From: Octopus bimaculoides
Lineage: Eukaryota
Assembly (NCBI RefSeq): GCF_001194135.2
Contig: NC_068982.1
Span: forward strand, 49,880,301-49,944,300
DNA: 64,000 nucleotides
Reading direction: 5' to 3'
Shown here: piece by piece, positions 25,437 through 38,425 of the stretch
Position numbering within the stretch: the first letter of the stretch is position 1
Layout of the letters: each line of letters opens with the position of its first letter
The notes under the pieces: generated by a model
Told to the model about the DNA's origin: nothing
What the model saw: only the letters and a program-made list of their open reading frames with translations
The model's database searches: none
Translations under genes and position numbers: made by a program

Positions 25437-26374
25437 GTAAATATATATGGAACACTTTTAATACAGGTTTCATATTAGTAAACTAGAGGTGAGTAATCTC
25501 CGGCTGATTAATTTCAAAAGATTGACATATCCGAGCATTCATGGCAAAAAGCTATGTTGTTCTATCTAAAATATAAAAAAAGAGTTAACAGTCTAAAATG
25601 TACTAGATTCAGCATATCAGAAGAAGTAGAGTCACATGCAGCCAGCAATAGAAGACAATCATTAGGACATTGCTTAATTCCTTTTTGTTGAACATCACTA
25701 CATTGGGAGAACAATCAATATAATACACCACCACCACCGCCATGGGCTGGATGGTTCAACAGGAGCTGGCAAGCTAGAGAACTGTACCAAGTTCCAATGT
25801 CTGTTTTGGCATGGCTTCTACAACTGGATGCCCTTCCTAATAACATCCACTTTACAAAGTGTACAGAGTGAGAAGACAAGATCCCTCAACAAATGTGGGT
25901 GTACTACTGGGGGGGGGTGACTTTATGCACATAAGAGGTTAAAACATGATAGAGTGAGAGAAACAGATGTTTTGCTGTAGAGGATAAAAAAGAATATTTC
26001 ATTAGAAACATATAGGTATAGAGATGGCTATAGTTAGGAAGTCTACAACTGCATGGTTCTAGGTTCAATCCCATTGTACAGCACTTTGGGTAAATGCTTT
26101 CTACCACAGTCTTGGTTTGATCAATGCTTAGAAAATGAAATTTGGTAAATGGAAACTGTCCTGAAGTTTATTTTGTGAGTGTGTATGGCAACTCGTATTT
26201 TAAGACATATAGCCTTGTGAGAAGAGTGTTGGGATCATGGTTCAATTCCTGAGCTAAGTGACGTGTTGTGCCTTTATGTCAGTCACATAATTTCACATTG
26301 CTCCAGTCTACCTAGCTTATAATGAAAATCAGTCAACTTCTGTTGCAGCTCTCTCTCTCTCTCTCTCTCTTTTT

Positions 26375-26412
<38 letters not shown>

Positions 26413-26904
26413 CCTCTCTCTCTCCAACTTGTCACATTGTCCAATGTTCTGTTTGTTAAAGGGTAGAAGGGCCAAAAGTTCTTCCTATGTCTGTTCATGA
26501 GGACGTAGCACCAAAAACAATTAGTAAAAGCATGGAGCAAGGCACAGGCCATACTTTTTGTGAGAGATAGGCTAAGCAGAATGTGTGTGCATTTTTGTGT
26601 GCAAGTGTATGCTTATGTGCATATATGTTTGTGTGCATGTGTTGATATATCCATGCTCTGAATAAAGCTATCTTGTGGTATTATTCTATCTAACTAGCAT
26701 CTATTTACGTCAAGGTAGACTTAGTAAATTAATAGAGATCAATAAAATAGCACTCAGAGAAAAAAAGAACTGCTCAATATAATCAATTAAAACCTTTGAA
26801 GGCAGTGCTCCAGCATGGGCACAGTAAAAAAAAAAGTGCAAAAATAATAAGATATTCAGTCATATGATTTGGGATTTAAAGAAATATTATCTTTTTTTAT
26901 TTTT

Positions 26905-27275
26905 AACCTGTTTCAGTCATTAGATTGCAGACATGCTGGGGCACCAACTTGAAGGGTTTTGAGTCAAACAATTTGACCTCAGTATTTATTTTTTAGTTTG
27001 ATATTTTATTCTATCTCATTTGCCCAACTGCTAAGTCCACAGGCCAGTAAACAAACAAACATCAGTTGAAAAGGTGTGGGTAAACAAATACAAACACAAA
27101 CACACATATATGTACATGACAAGCTTCCATGCAATTTCCCCTCAGCAAAATTCACTCACAAGGCATAGGTTGGCCTGGGGCTATAGAAGACACTTACCCA
27201 AGGTACCAGGCATGACAACTAAACCTGAAACCACATGGCAGCATAGTGAGCTCCTCAACCACACAGCCATGCCTT
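26905..27275 (-). mobile_element. tRNA-derived SINE family B (resembles octopus OR1)
   Basis: Reverse-complement homologue of 51541-51942. Confidence 0.75.
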
Positions 27276-27333
27276 GAAAATGTAACCCATCTCAAACCGT
27301 CTCAGATTACATGATACAAAAACCACAAACAAA

Positions 27334-27838
27334 GGGGTACAGAAAAGTTCCGGGCTTAGGGTACAAGAAAATACAGGATGATCAGATAATTATGATTTTA
27401 TTCCCTTCTCAGATTCACACATTTATTGCAGCAGCCCTTCAGTTTTTCTAAGCCCCATAAAAGAACTCGGAAGTTGGGCCTCCAACCAAGCCTTTCATGA
27501 TACCCTTCAAGCCAGAAACTTTTGAGCACCTCCTCATATATATACATATATATATAAACAAGGGGTTGCTGAAAAGTTCTTGGCTTTGGGTAAAAGAAAA
27601 TACAGGAGGATCAGTTGATTATGATTTTATTCAACATATTACCCCTCTCAGATACACACACTTATTGCAGTGATCCTTCAGTTTTTCTAAGCTCTGTAAA
27701 AGAACACTGAAAGTTGGGCTTCCAACTAGGCCTTTCAGAATACCCTGGAACTTTTCAGCACCCTTTCATATACATATATATGTATATGAGATGGTGCTTT
27801 TTGCAATATCCTTAAAGTCAGGAACTTTTCAGCACCCA
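27334..27838. mobile_element. Tandem cluster of mariner-derived MITEs (two full copies, one collapsed) separated by (TA)n
   Basis: Copies at 27334-27535, 27559-27763 and 27787-27838, with TIR variants of ggggtgctgaaaagttc and gaacttttcagcaccc. Confidence 0.8.
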
Positions 27839-28785
27839 CTAATATTATATTATGTTCATATTCAAATTAAATTTGTCCATCACAATTTTATGTTAAAAAC
27901 ATTTTTGTTATTTTCCAATACCTGTTAATAAATGAAAAAAAGTCAGTTGCTTTCCTAAATCCTTCCAAATCACTATTTTCAATATTGATCAAAATACACA
28001 TTCAGAGTGTATTTTATCTGAAATGTGGTAAAGAAAGAGTTAAAAAATTATCTACACTTTCACTTCAATGGCTGCAGATAAATCAGCGTATTCATCTACA
28101 AAACCACTACTTTAAAGAATTCATATAAAATATCCAGATTTTGCAGAATTATCTTAATCGTGTTTCGCGACAAAAAAACAATAAGAAAAAAAATCGTGGT
28201 CATCATCATCATCAGTGTCCACTATTCCATGATTGCATGGGTTGGATGGAAAATGTTGAGGTGGATTTTCTACAACCTGATGCACTTCCTCTTGGCAACC
28301 CTCACCTCTTTCCAAGCAATGTAATATTTCTCGGAGACCAGACATGTTTTTACAGAAGTTTGGAAATAAAGGATACCACTTGCATAACAATGACCCTCAT
28401 TTACAACTATCACATGATGTCAAGACATAGAGACAGTAACACACACACACCTATCTATCTATCTATATCATATATATGTAATAATAATAATAGGGATAAA
28501 ATCCAAAATTACAGGTAAAAACTCAATTAAAATCAATTCAATAAAAATTAAAATAAGTTTCACGGTATAAAATGTATATAAATATATAGTTTTAGGGAAA
28601 AGAACCAAGGTTCATGAACTCATCGATGAAAATCCAAAGTCACATATAGAAAAATTAATAATTAAAAGCACAATAAATAAGTATAATATAATACAANNNN
28701 NNNNNNTAGAAAAATTAATAATTAAAAGCACAATAAATAAGTATAATATAATACAAAGTAAATATCATAAGATAAAGATAATAAA

Positions 28786-28903
28786 ATGACTACACGTGTT
28801 TCATAACCAATTTTCAAATAGAAAGAAAATTCAAATCAATTAAAATCGATAAAAAATATCAAAAATCAATTCTATTCAAAAATATAGCTAATCTTCAGGT
28901 CAA
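28786..28903 (-). ncRNA. Hammerhead-ribozyme-like motif (minimal type I, Penelope-like relic)
   Basis: Minus strand reads UGAC-CUGAAGA-[long stem II]-GAAAC-ACGU-GUA-GUCA. Stem I is UGAC/GUCA, stem III is palindromic, and the cleavage triplet is GUA. The stem II closing pair is non-canonical (U.U). Confidence 0.55.
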
Positions 28904-29487
28904 AATACAACAATAATAATAATAAATGAATGTATATATCAACCAACAATAAATAACAAATGAATGTGTATAAAATACTTATTATATAAAGAAAGAAAAA
29001 TATTATTAAAAATATCAAAATAATAAACATTCCATAATCAACCCTACATCCATTATAATATATATACACACAGAGGTTTCTGTAAGTTTCTGTCTACCAA
29101 ACCCACTTACAAAGCTTTAGTTGGCCTGGAGATATAACAGAAAACACTTGCCCAAAGTGCCCTGCAGTGGGACTGAACCTAAAACCATATATTGAAGAAG
29201 AAAACTTCATACCACACAGCAATGCCTGTATCAACTGCCAAATCTGCCTCTACAAATGCCAAAACAAACTCACAATATCATAATTGGAATATAGTATTTG
29301 TTTTTGGATTTGCACTTAACTAATAAAGGATTATTTAATCTGAGACTGTTGCAACTGAAGAATTACATAACTGAATAATCAGTTTAGCTTCCTAGAAATA
29401 AAAAGAAAATCACACTTAAATTCACTTTTCATCTATGATTTGGCTACTGAGGGCAATCAGGTCAGAGAGGTGTGAGGAAAATAGATG

Positions 29488-29939
29488 TTAGCTGTTTAGC
29501 ATTCAGGTTACTCTGTCAAGTGCAATTGCTTATTTATCCACATGGTTTTAAATTATTAGGCATTATCTTCTTGCTTTCAGATTTCAATGATGTGATTATT
29601 TAACTTTAGAACAACATTGTAAGGTAGGGGAGAGGCAGAATATGGCTGGTTTGGACATAAAACAGGTAGAATATTTGGGCTGGGTATGGCTGGTTTAAAC
29701 CTTTTAGCATTCCCATTATTCTGTCAAAAGTAATGTTTATTTCAGCGTATTGTTTTGAATTAATCATGCATTTTCTTGTAGCTATGAGATTTTGATGATG
29801 TGATTGTTAATTTTTGAGAATGACATTGTAGGGCAGGTGTGAGAAACCACACCTGGCCAGTTTGAACATAAAACAAGTAAGATATTTTGGCCGGATATGG
29901 CCAGCTTAAATGCTAAAGAGTTAAATACTAAACGGTTAA
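29488..29939. mobile_element. piggyBac-type MITE nested in a copy of itself
   Basis: Inner copy 29699-29920 is bounded by TTAA at 29695-29698 and 29921-29924. The outer terminus atactaaacgg plus TTAA follows. Confidence 0.7.
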
Positions 29940-31531
29940 ATCAATATCTTTAGCAGATTTTGTGGGTTTCTAGATGAATCTATTTCATTTTTTTCAATTC
30001 GCTACATTGGTTGAATATTGTTATTTTTATTCTTCCTTTGTTTTTTGTTTTTTTCATCCTTTAACGTGCCTAAACTAGAAGAGTTACTTGTTATATTTTA
30101 TTTATAGTATAAGAAATCAATCTTTGGCTTGAAAAAGCCTGATTAAACAAATTCAAAGAGGTTAAAAAAAAAAATCAAAGTATTTAGATTTATAAAGCAG
30201 TATAGCACTTTACTGAAATCAATAAATATTGATACCATTTGAGAAAGCTAGCAATAACTTTTGACAAGGTTTGAGGTCAATATTTTCGATTAGAATAATA
30301 TTTGCTTGTTTATTCATTTTTACATTAGTTTTTCCATGGTAGCATGGGTTAGACAAATATATTATTGAAGCTTTAACAGCCAAATACCCTTCCTGTTGCT
30401 AACCCTTACCTTTCTTTTTCTCAAGTAAGGGAACTCTTATTCCACACAGCTTTGAAAGCACAATGCTAATGGATGATTTGTCATCAGGGGAAATGACAAC
30501 AACATCACCGTTTGTAGAACACTGATTTTTAAAGAAATATCAACACTCACAAAACGATTTGCGTGCGTGCATGTGTGTGTGTGAAATTTCTTTCCTGAGG
30601 CTATGAAAAACATACACTTTCTGAAGGTGGCATGCAGTAGGACTGAACTCAAAGTTACATGTTCAGGAGGTATGCACCTTGGGCAAGTGTCTTCTGGTTC
30701 AGTCCCAGAAGAGTTTTCTACACTAGCCCCAAGCCAACCAATGCTGTGAAAGTGAATTAAGTAGACAGAAATTGTGAGCTCATCATATATATATGTGCAA
30801 TTATAAACATATATATATATTTACACATATATACATATAAAGATATACAGATAAATAGATAGATGTGTTTCTGTGTCTTTATGCTTGCCCCCCCGCCCCC
30901 ACCACCACCACACCACATGCCAACCAGTGTTGGTTTGTTTACATTTGGTAGTTCAACAAAAGAGACCAATAAAATTAGTGTCAGGCGTAAGATTAAGTAT
31001 TAAGGTCAATTTGTTTGACTAAACCCTTTAGGGTGGTGCCTCAGCATAGCTACAGTTCAATGAATGAAATATATAAAACAAAATGATAAATTGCAAAAAT
31101 AAGTACAACAAAAACAAAACAAAAATATGTATTAAACAGCATACTTCTTTCCAGTAATTCTGGTTGCATCAGATACTGTATCAAGGTTGGCTGTGTTTCG
31201 ATGAGTTCGGGGTGACACTGGTACACCTTAAACGATAAAATATTACCAAATTCAAACAAAAATTTTAAAAACAACAACAATAATAATAATAATTATGATT
31301 TCAAATTTTTGCCATAGGGGCAGCTTGTGGGAGGAGATTAAGTTGATTACATCGACCCCAATGTTTCACTGGTACTTAATTTATCAACCCCAAAAGGATG
31401 AAAGGCAAGGTTGACCTTGGCGAAGTTTGAACTCAGAGATTAGCGACGGGCGAAATACCGCTAAGTATTTTGTCCACCATGCTAAGAATTCTGCTAGCTC
31501 ACTGCAACAACAATAAAAATAATGATGATGA

Positions 31532-31565
<34 letters not shown>

Positions 31566-31573
31566 GGTGGTGG

Positions 31574-31616
<43 letters not shown>

Positions 31617-31635
31617 AATAATAATAAGGAAGGAA

Positions 31636-31740
31636 GGAAGGAAGGCAAAAAATAGACATATACAATCCTCTTAAGTACCAGATACCCTGACTATGGAAAA
31701 CAAAGAAGAGGAAGATAAAGCCAATTGCTGTTGGGTCCTC
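31636..31740 (+). mobile_element. Small fragment of the same R4/Dong family as 31950-35575
   Basis: Homologous to 35240-35340 (gaaggcaaaaaa...aa.cctcttaagta...ctatggaaaa). Confidence 0.6.
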
Positions 31741-31949
31741 ATCATTTAATGTCTGTTTGTCTATATTGGCATGTGATGATGGTTTCATAGGATCTGGTGT
31801 ACAACAGAGCTGCATTATGCTCTATGTCAGCTTGGACATGGTTTCTACAGCTGTATGCCCTCCCTGATGCCAGCTGCTTCACAGTGTGCACTGGGTGCTT
31901 TTTTCTTTGCCACCAGCACTAGTGGGTTTGCCAAGTAACTTGGCAATAT

Positions 31950-34900
31950 TTGGATGAAGATATGGGGCCAACCGATGTTCATTTATCTCCTGGTGAGAAT
32001 CATGATCATGGTCCCCAACACACAGAAATGTAAAGGGAACAGGCCCAACTTATGGGTAGTAAGAGCTCTGCAATCTTGGATGACAACCTTACTAGAGATG
32101 GTGTCTCAATAAAAATACCGGTTGGTGATTAACCTTAAAACACAAACCTCAAAGTTGAGTGAAAATGTCTAAAACAAATGTATCGAGTAATGGTGTTAAT
32201 GAGGCTGGAACAAAAGGTGAAAGCCTTTCACCTGGCAAGTTTCCTGTGGTTGAGCAGTGTAGGCTCAGTCATCATTCAGAGACTGCTTATACACAAAGTC
32301 AGAGGCAAAGAAGGTAAGATAAGGAAGCAAACCAAATGGTAATTGAATGCTGGATCAGGAGTGAACCCAGTAGAAAAGGACTTCGATAATGAATGAAAGC
32401 AAAATGGAATGAAATAGGACTCTTCAAAATAAGTGAGTAACAGTTAGCCAACCAGGCAAGAGAAGTAAGAGCAAAAGGGTAGTTAACAGACATGAAAATT
32501 GAAGAGATAAAAAAAGAAATTAGAAAATAGAAATAATACTTTGCCAACAAATAACGTATCCAGCGAGGACAGAGAAATGAATGGCAGGAGTGAAGATGTA
32601 GAGCAAAGTGTAAATGTAAATGCATTCTAAGCAAATGAGGCAGAAGTAATGGGAAGAGTTTCATCACAAGATGACCAACAAGACATAGTGAGGATGCTGT
32701 GCCAATATATTAGAGAAGACCAGGATCAAGCACCCACCAATCTGAAGTACATTGATCAACGCAAGCTCAAAGTTGAAATAGAAAAGATAGATTCAGTCCT
32801 TGAGCTATTCCAGGCGTGAATTATAACTGAAACTAACAAAATTATTTGGGCTGCAGTATGGCATAGGTTGCTGTAGATAGAGTTGGATATAAAAGAAGAG
32901 AACAAACAGAATGTAAAGAACCATACTGGTATATATTTGTGAGAAACAAAGTTAAAAAGACATTTAGGACAAGTTGATTGATTGAGTAGAGGGGAATTGG
33001 AGAATGAAAGCATAAGAATAATGCTGGAAAGAACATATAGAATAAGAGATAAAGGTAGTAGCAATCAAAGCAAATCTGAAAAGATATGACAATCAAACAA
33101 AACAATTCAGGCAAAACAGATTGTTTGAAGCAAATCAGAAGAAAATGTTTCAGGAACTAGATGGGCAATTACACGCAACAATGATATCAGATGCAGAGGA
33201 AAGCAGAGCATTCTGGAGAGGGATCTGGGACCAAGCTGTAGAGCATAATGATAAAGTGGAGTGGCTGCATGAAATCCAAGATAGGTTAAGAAATATAGAA
33301 GGTCAAGAAGATATAAAAATAACTCAGAAATGATAAGAAAGCAGTTTAAAAAATTCCCAAATTGGAAGAGCCCAGGGTTGGATGAAGTCCAAGGTTATTG
33401 GATGAAGAAGCTGAGAGGGCTCCATGAAAGGATAGCAAAACAGCTAACTGAGTTCTTGCAGAAGGCACAGTACCCAGCTAGATGAGAAATGGAAAGATAT
33501 TGCTATGTACCAAGGATACTGAAAAGAGAAATGTGGCATCTAACTTTCAACCAATAACATGTCTTCTGCTAATGTGGAAACTAATGTCAGGTGCTTTGGC
33601 AGGTGAACTGTATAAATACTTAGAAAAAAGTGGGCTACTACCTACTGAAGAGAAAGGGTGCCAAAAGAGGAGCCAGGGAACAAAATATCAGCTCTTAATC
33701 GATAATCTAATTATCAGAAACTGCAAGAGAAGACACACAAATCCGAGCATGGCATAGGTTGACTATTGAAAAGCATATGATATGATAACTCATTTCTGGA
33801 TAATAAGAACAATGAAAGTGTATGGAGTAGCAGAAAACATGAGAAGTCTTATATGGAACAGTATGAAATGGTGGAGAACGGAATTGATAGTAGGGAATCA
33901 AGTATTAGGAGAGGCGAAAATCAAGAGAAGAATCTTCCAAGGGGACAGTGTGTCCCCACTGATCTTTGTGCTGGGAACGATCCCCTTGAGTGGAATACTA
34001 CAAAAAACAAAGTTGGGAAGAGGTAAGGGTAAACTGAACCATTTGCTATTCAAAGACAACTTGAAGTTATTCACAAAAGAGGTAAAACTGGACAGCGTCG
34101 TCCAGTCTGTGTGAATTTTCTTCAATTAAGATGGAGTTTGGGCTCTCAAACTGTGCTGCAATGGGGATGAGATGAGGAAAGCTTGTCAGGACAGAAGGCA
34201 TAGGGTTACCAAGTGGTGAAATGATGAAGGCAATTCAACCTCAATCCAGCTATAAATACCTGGGAATACTTGAGGCAGATGGAATTAAACACGACGACAT
34301 GAAGGAAAGAGAAAAAGAGAATACCTGTGGCAAGTGAGAAAGATACTAGCTTCAAAGCTGAATGCCAAAAACATAATTTTGGCAATAAACTTGTGCGCAG
34401 TTTCAGTAATTCAGTATGGTGCTGGACTCCTGAAGTGGACAGAAGAGCTGAAGGAGATGGACAGAAAGTCAAGAAAGCTCCAAACAATACATAGAGCCCA
34501 TCGTCCACATGCAGACACTGATTGCCTATACATGAAGAAAACAAATGGAGGAAGAGGACTGATAACTGTGGAAGACTGTGTACATATTGAACTCAAGAGC
34601 TTAACTAGATACCTAGCCCAAAGTAAGGAAGCCTTGCTAGTGTCAGTTAGGAAAAAAAAGGAAAAACAAAGGAAGTACAAAAAGGACATGAAGAATTATG
34701 CAACAAGGGACTACACAATCAATTCCATGTAGCCACAACAGAAGTTGTTGGAAAAAATAGGTGGGAGTGGCTGAAGAAAGGAACACTAAAAAAAACAAAC
34801 GAGAACACGATACTGGCAGCGCAAAACCAAGCTCTGGCCACAAACTGGATGGTCAACCTTTGGAATGAGCAAATGTTTCTACTGTGCCACATCTGTAATA

Positions 34901-35575
34901 GAATGAGTGGATGAAACTATTGGCCATATCACAAACAAATGCCCTAGACTTGCCCAAAACCACTACAAGATGTGGCGACACAATCAGGTAGTGAAAGTGC
35001 TACACTGGAACCGGTGCAAAAAGTGGGGGGTGGCTAGAGAGAAGCAAGATGTGGTATGAGAACAAACCACAGAGAGTGGTGGAGTTGGAGACAAGCAAAA
35101 TCCTCTAGGATTTCTCAATCCAGACAGATCAGGTGCTAGAGCATAACAGACCAGACTTAGTGGTGATCAACAAAATGCACCACTTATGCTATATAGTTGA
35201 TGTTGCATGCCCCCTTTCACCCATGAATAGTCAAGAAGGAAGGCAAAAAAATATATAAATACAACCCTCTTAAGTATGAAATAGCCCAGCTATGGAAAAT
35301 GAAGTAGGTGAAGATGGTGCAAATTAATGTTGGGTTCTTGGGGATAGTATCAGAAAGCATCAAGAGGAATTTAAAGGAAATTCTAATAGAGTGCCCAGTA
35401 GAACTGTTACAAAAGGTTTGCCTCCTTGGTATGGCCAAAATAATCAGGAAAGTATTAGATAGCTGAAAAGAACAGATAGCAAGGTACCATAGGCTGCAGG
35501 TAGCAAGCCCACTATGCATACAAGACTCCAGGAGTTCGAACAAAACCTGTGATAATAAGAAATAATAATAATACT
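31950..35575 (+). mobile_element. Near full-length, decayed R4/Dong-clade non-LTR retrotransposon (RT, CCHC and restriction-like endonuclease)
   Basis: N-terminal VIECWIRSEPSRKG..MKAKWNEIG, RT segments NFQPITCL, KGCQKRSQGTKYQLLID, IFQGDSVSPLIF and NHLLFKDNLKL, then CHIC...ETIGHITNKCP, a RPDLVVIN...IVDVACP nuclease motif and a (TAA)n tail. Many stops and frameshifts. The 5' boundary is approximate. Confidence 0.88.
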
Positions 35576-35817
35576 AACAATAATGATTCTTCGCACTTTA
35601 AGCACAAAGCCCGATATCTTGGGGGAGTGGGCTAGTCAATTACATTGACCCCAGTGCTTTACATATGTTATTGACCCTAAAAATCTGAAAGGTACAGTCA
35701 ACCTTGGTGGAATTTGAACTCAGAATGTAAAACTAGAAGAAATGCGACTAAGCATTTTGCCGCCATACTAACGTTTCTGCCAACTCAAATTTTCAACAAA
35801 AATTAATAAAACTTTAA

Positions 35818-36155
35818 TAACAAGAGCACTCAGAGAGCGCAAACCTCCGCCAAGGCAACACCAATGTCCTCTCAACGTTTAGCCGGAGATAATTTTTAAT
35901 ATGAGAATATCTGAAATAAACTTGACTGCTCTCACAAAAAAGAATACTAAAAATGAATGCGACCGCTTTCAAAAATTAAGTAAAAAAAAATAGGAAAAAT
36001 AATCCAGAATTCTTGTCCAGTACTAGATCAATCCCAAAATCTAATCAGTTCATGCTAGTCATGAGACCAAACATCCCTGCAAGTTTCATCTGAATCCATC
36101 TTGAGATATCTTGACCACGGACAAGCAAACAAACAAACTTGACAGAAAATAATAC
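35818..36155. mobile_element. Non-autonomous element, Helentron/HINE-like
   Basis: Starts aacaagagcactcagagagcgcaaacctccgccaagg. A second copy lies at 61310-61672 with a degenerate cctctgcc...aaggtgg 3' hairpin. The class is inferred. Confidence 0.55.
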
Positions 36156-37867
36156 ATTTAAAGCAACAATTTTTAAGGATCAAATCAATATGCTGTCCAA
36201 CAATACTTGAAAACATTCAATCATCTTCTTCAGCATTGATAAAATAATTACTGAATAATGAACTGAAGTGACTATTTTCTTTCACTTGAGTTTAATAAAA
36301 TAAATATCTTTTATATAGTGATAACAAGTCAATAGACTTTTGAGACCCACATTGGTCATGAATGACCATGAGACTGCACCTAGAAACTTCCCCTTAGAGG
36401 TAGAAGCCTGGGCAAGGTTGTTTGTGGAAGACCAGCAGTCAACCATGCATACCAGTTTCTCCTCAAGACAAAAGCTGATACCGCTTGGCACCAGTGACAT
36501 CCCAACTCATTTCTACAGCTGAGTGAACTGGTGCAATGTGAAATAAATGTCTTGCTCAAGAACACAACAAAGAGCAAGGTCTGGGAACTGAACTCACAAT
36601 GCTCTAAGCACTGAGCCAAGCATCTTCACAAGTCAATAGACTATTCCACCTTTGATATATTGATAATGGGTCAACGGACTGTTCTACCTTCCTGAAAAGA
36701 GGCTTGTACATTGGCAAAAAATGGAAGTAATAAAGTTATAAAATTTTTTAAAGAAACAAGTAAATAAAATTATAATTTAAATCAAATTGTTGAAATCCAT
36801 TTCCTTTGCATGAATTGTGAATTATATTTCCTGTCTGTACATGTCATCAAAAATGGAAATGTTGAAAAGTCAGAAATTAGAAAGTGTAGATATATCGTGA
36901 TTACATAAAAAAAAAAAAGAAAAAGTGTGCATGATGACGTGTTATTCTGACATAATACAGCACCATCGATAACTGGAATCTTTTCTAAGGTATCAAAATT
37001 TAAAAAAAAAAAACATTAAGATATTCTAATTATATGAAACAGGTACAGTAGAATATCATTATGAAGTTGAGTTATTTTTTAACTGTTTTTTACATGCTTT
37101 CTCTCAATGCAGTTACGAAGGGAGGTATTATATGAAGTAAGATGGGGGGGGGGAGCCTCAGTCAGATTATTGTTAGGCAAGGATCATCATCATCATCATC
37201 GTCGTCGTCATCATCTCCATAACAACTGTTACCACAGCCATCACCACCATCATCTAGAATGGGTTGTACAGTTTGTTACAGTCTGAGTCATTTCTTAAAG
37301 GAGTTACTGCTCCTAAAAACTGGTACTCTTTCATGGAACCTTGTGTATCTGAGTTTCTTGAATAGGCACATTGTATCTGCAGACCTCAAAAGTTGACTAA
37401 ATACAAGGGTGTCCAACCATAAAACACTGCAATAAAAAGTCTAGCAAGGAGAAGCAGATATATCAAAAATGACAATGACAATAGTGATGATAAGATGAGA
37501 TTTTAATCTAAGATTTAAATCTGAAGGCATGAACAGAGGTACTTTAAGAAAGTTTGGTAGAGAAAGGGTTAAAGTAGTCTCATCTAAATATCTGTTTTAT
37601 ATCATTGTCATCATTATTTTAATGTTCACATTTCTATGTTTGCATGGGTCAGGGAGTTTATTGAGGCAGATTTTTTACAACCAAATGCTCTTCCTGTCGC
37701 CAACCCTCATCTGTTTCCAAGTGAGATAATATTTTTCTCATGGCCAGCTATGTTCTCACAGAAAACTGAAACTGAATGACACTATATGTATGAGTAACTA
37801 TCATTTGCAACTATCACATGATGTCAAGATAAGGGGACACAAAAATACATTCACACGCAATATATAC

Positions 37868-37941
<74 letters not shown>

Positions 37942-38046
37942 ATGCATATATACATCATGTTGAACTGTTAATCTCTACACATTTCTTTTCTCACTCTGTT
38001 TCTTTTTTTGTTCTCTCTCTCAATGTTTTTCCTCTTAACCATTTCT

Positions 38047-38425
38047 GTCGAAGAGCATAGGCTCAAAATGTCAAAGACTTTTCCATTCTTCCCAAGTGAC
38101 AAACAAATACTGGGTTCTCTTGCTTCTGTGGCATGGTACAGAGTCTTGTTGTCAGACATAAGGTCTTCCAGCAGCTACCTTCTTGACCCAGGGCAGGACT
38201 ACCTCCTCCAGGCCCTTTATGTAGGCCTCTGTACTGAATGTGAGGCCATGTGGGAAGATGAATGGAGGTATAACATCACCATCACTAGTGATCACTCCAA
38301 ACATCATGATGTTGACTGTATGTTTGAATTTTATTACTCTCAGTAAATGTTTTGGGGACAAGGTAAGCCAACAGATGTTCTGTGTGTTCACCATCTGATC
38401 CTGGCAGAAATCTTTCTTGTCTGAG
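38047..38425 (-). mobile_element. Tc1/mariner-superfamily (maT/DD37D-like) transposase relic
   Basis: Minus frame FFSDKKDFCQDQMVNTQNICW...VNIMMFGVITSDGDVIPPFIFPHGL...YIKGLEEVVLPWVKKVAAGRPYV, followed by QQDSVPCH. Confidence 0.78.

Noticed and set aside
28647-28757. 50-bp direct repeat on either side of a 10-N gap
   Set aside because: Typical contig-overlap artefact at a scaffold gap.
29253-29391. Segment with strong-looking acceptor and GTGAGT donor on the minus strand
   Set aside because: All three frames contain stops when read from that acceptor.
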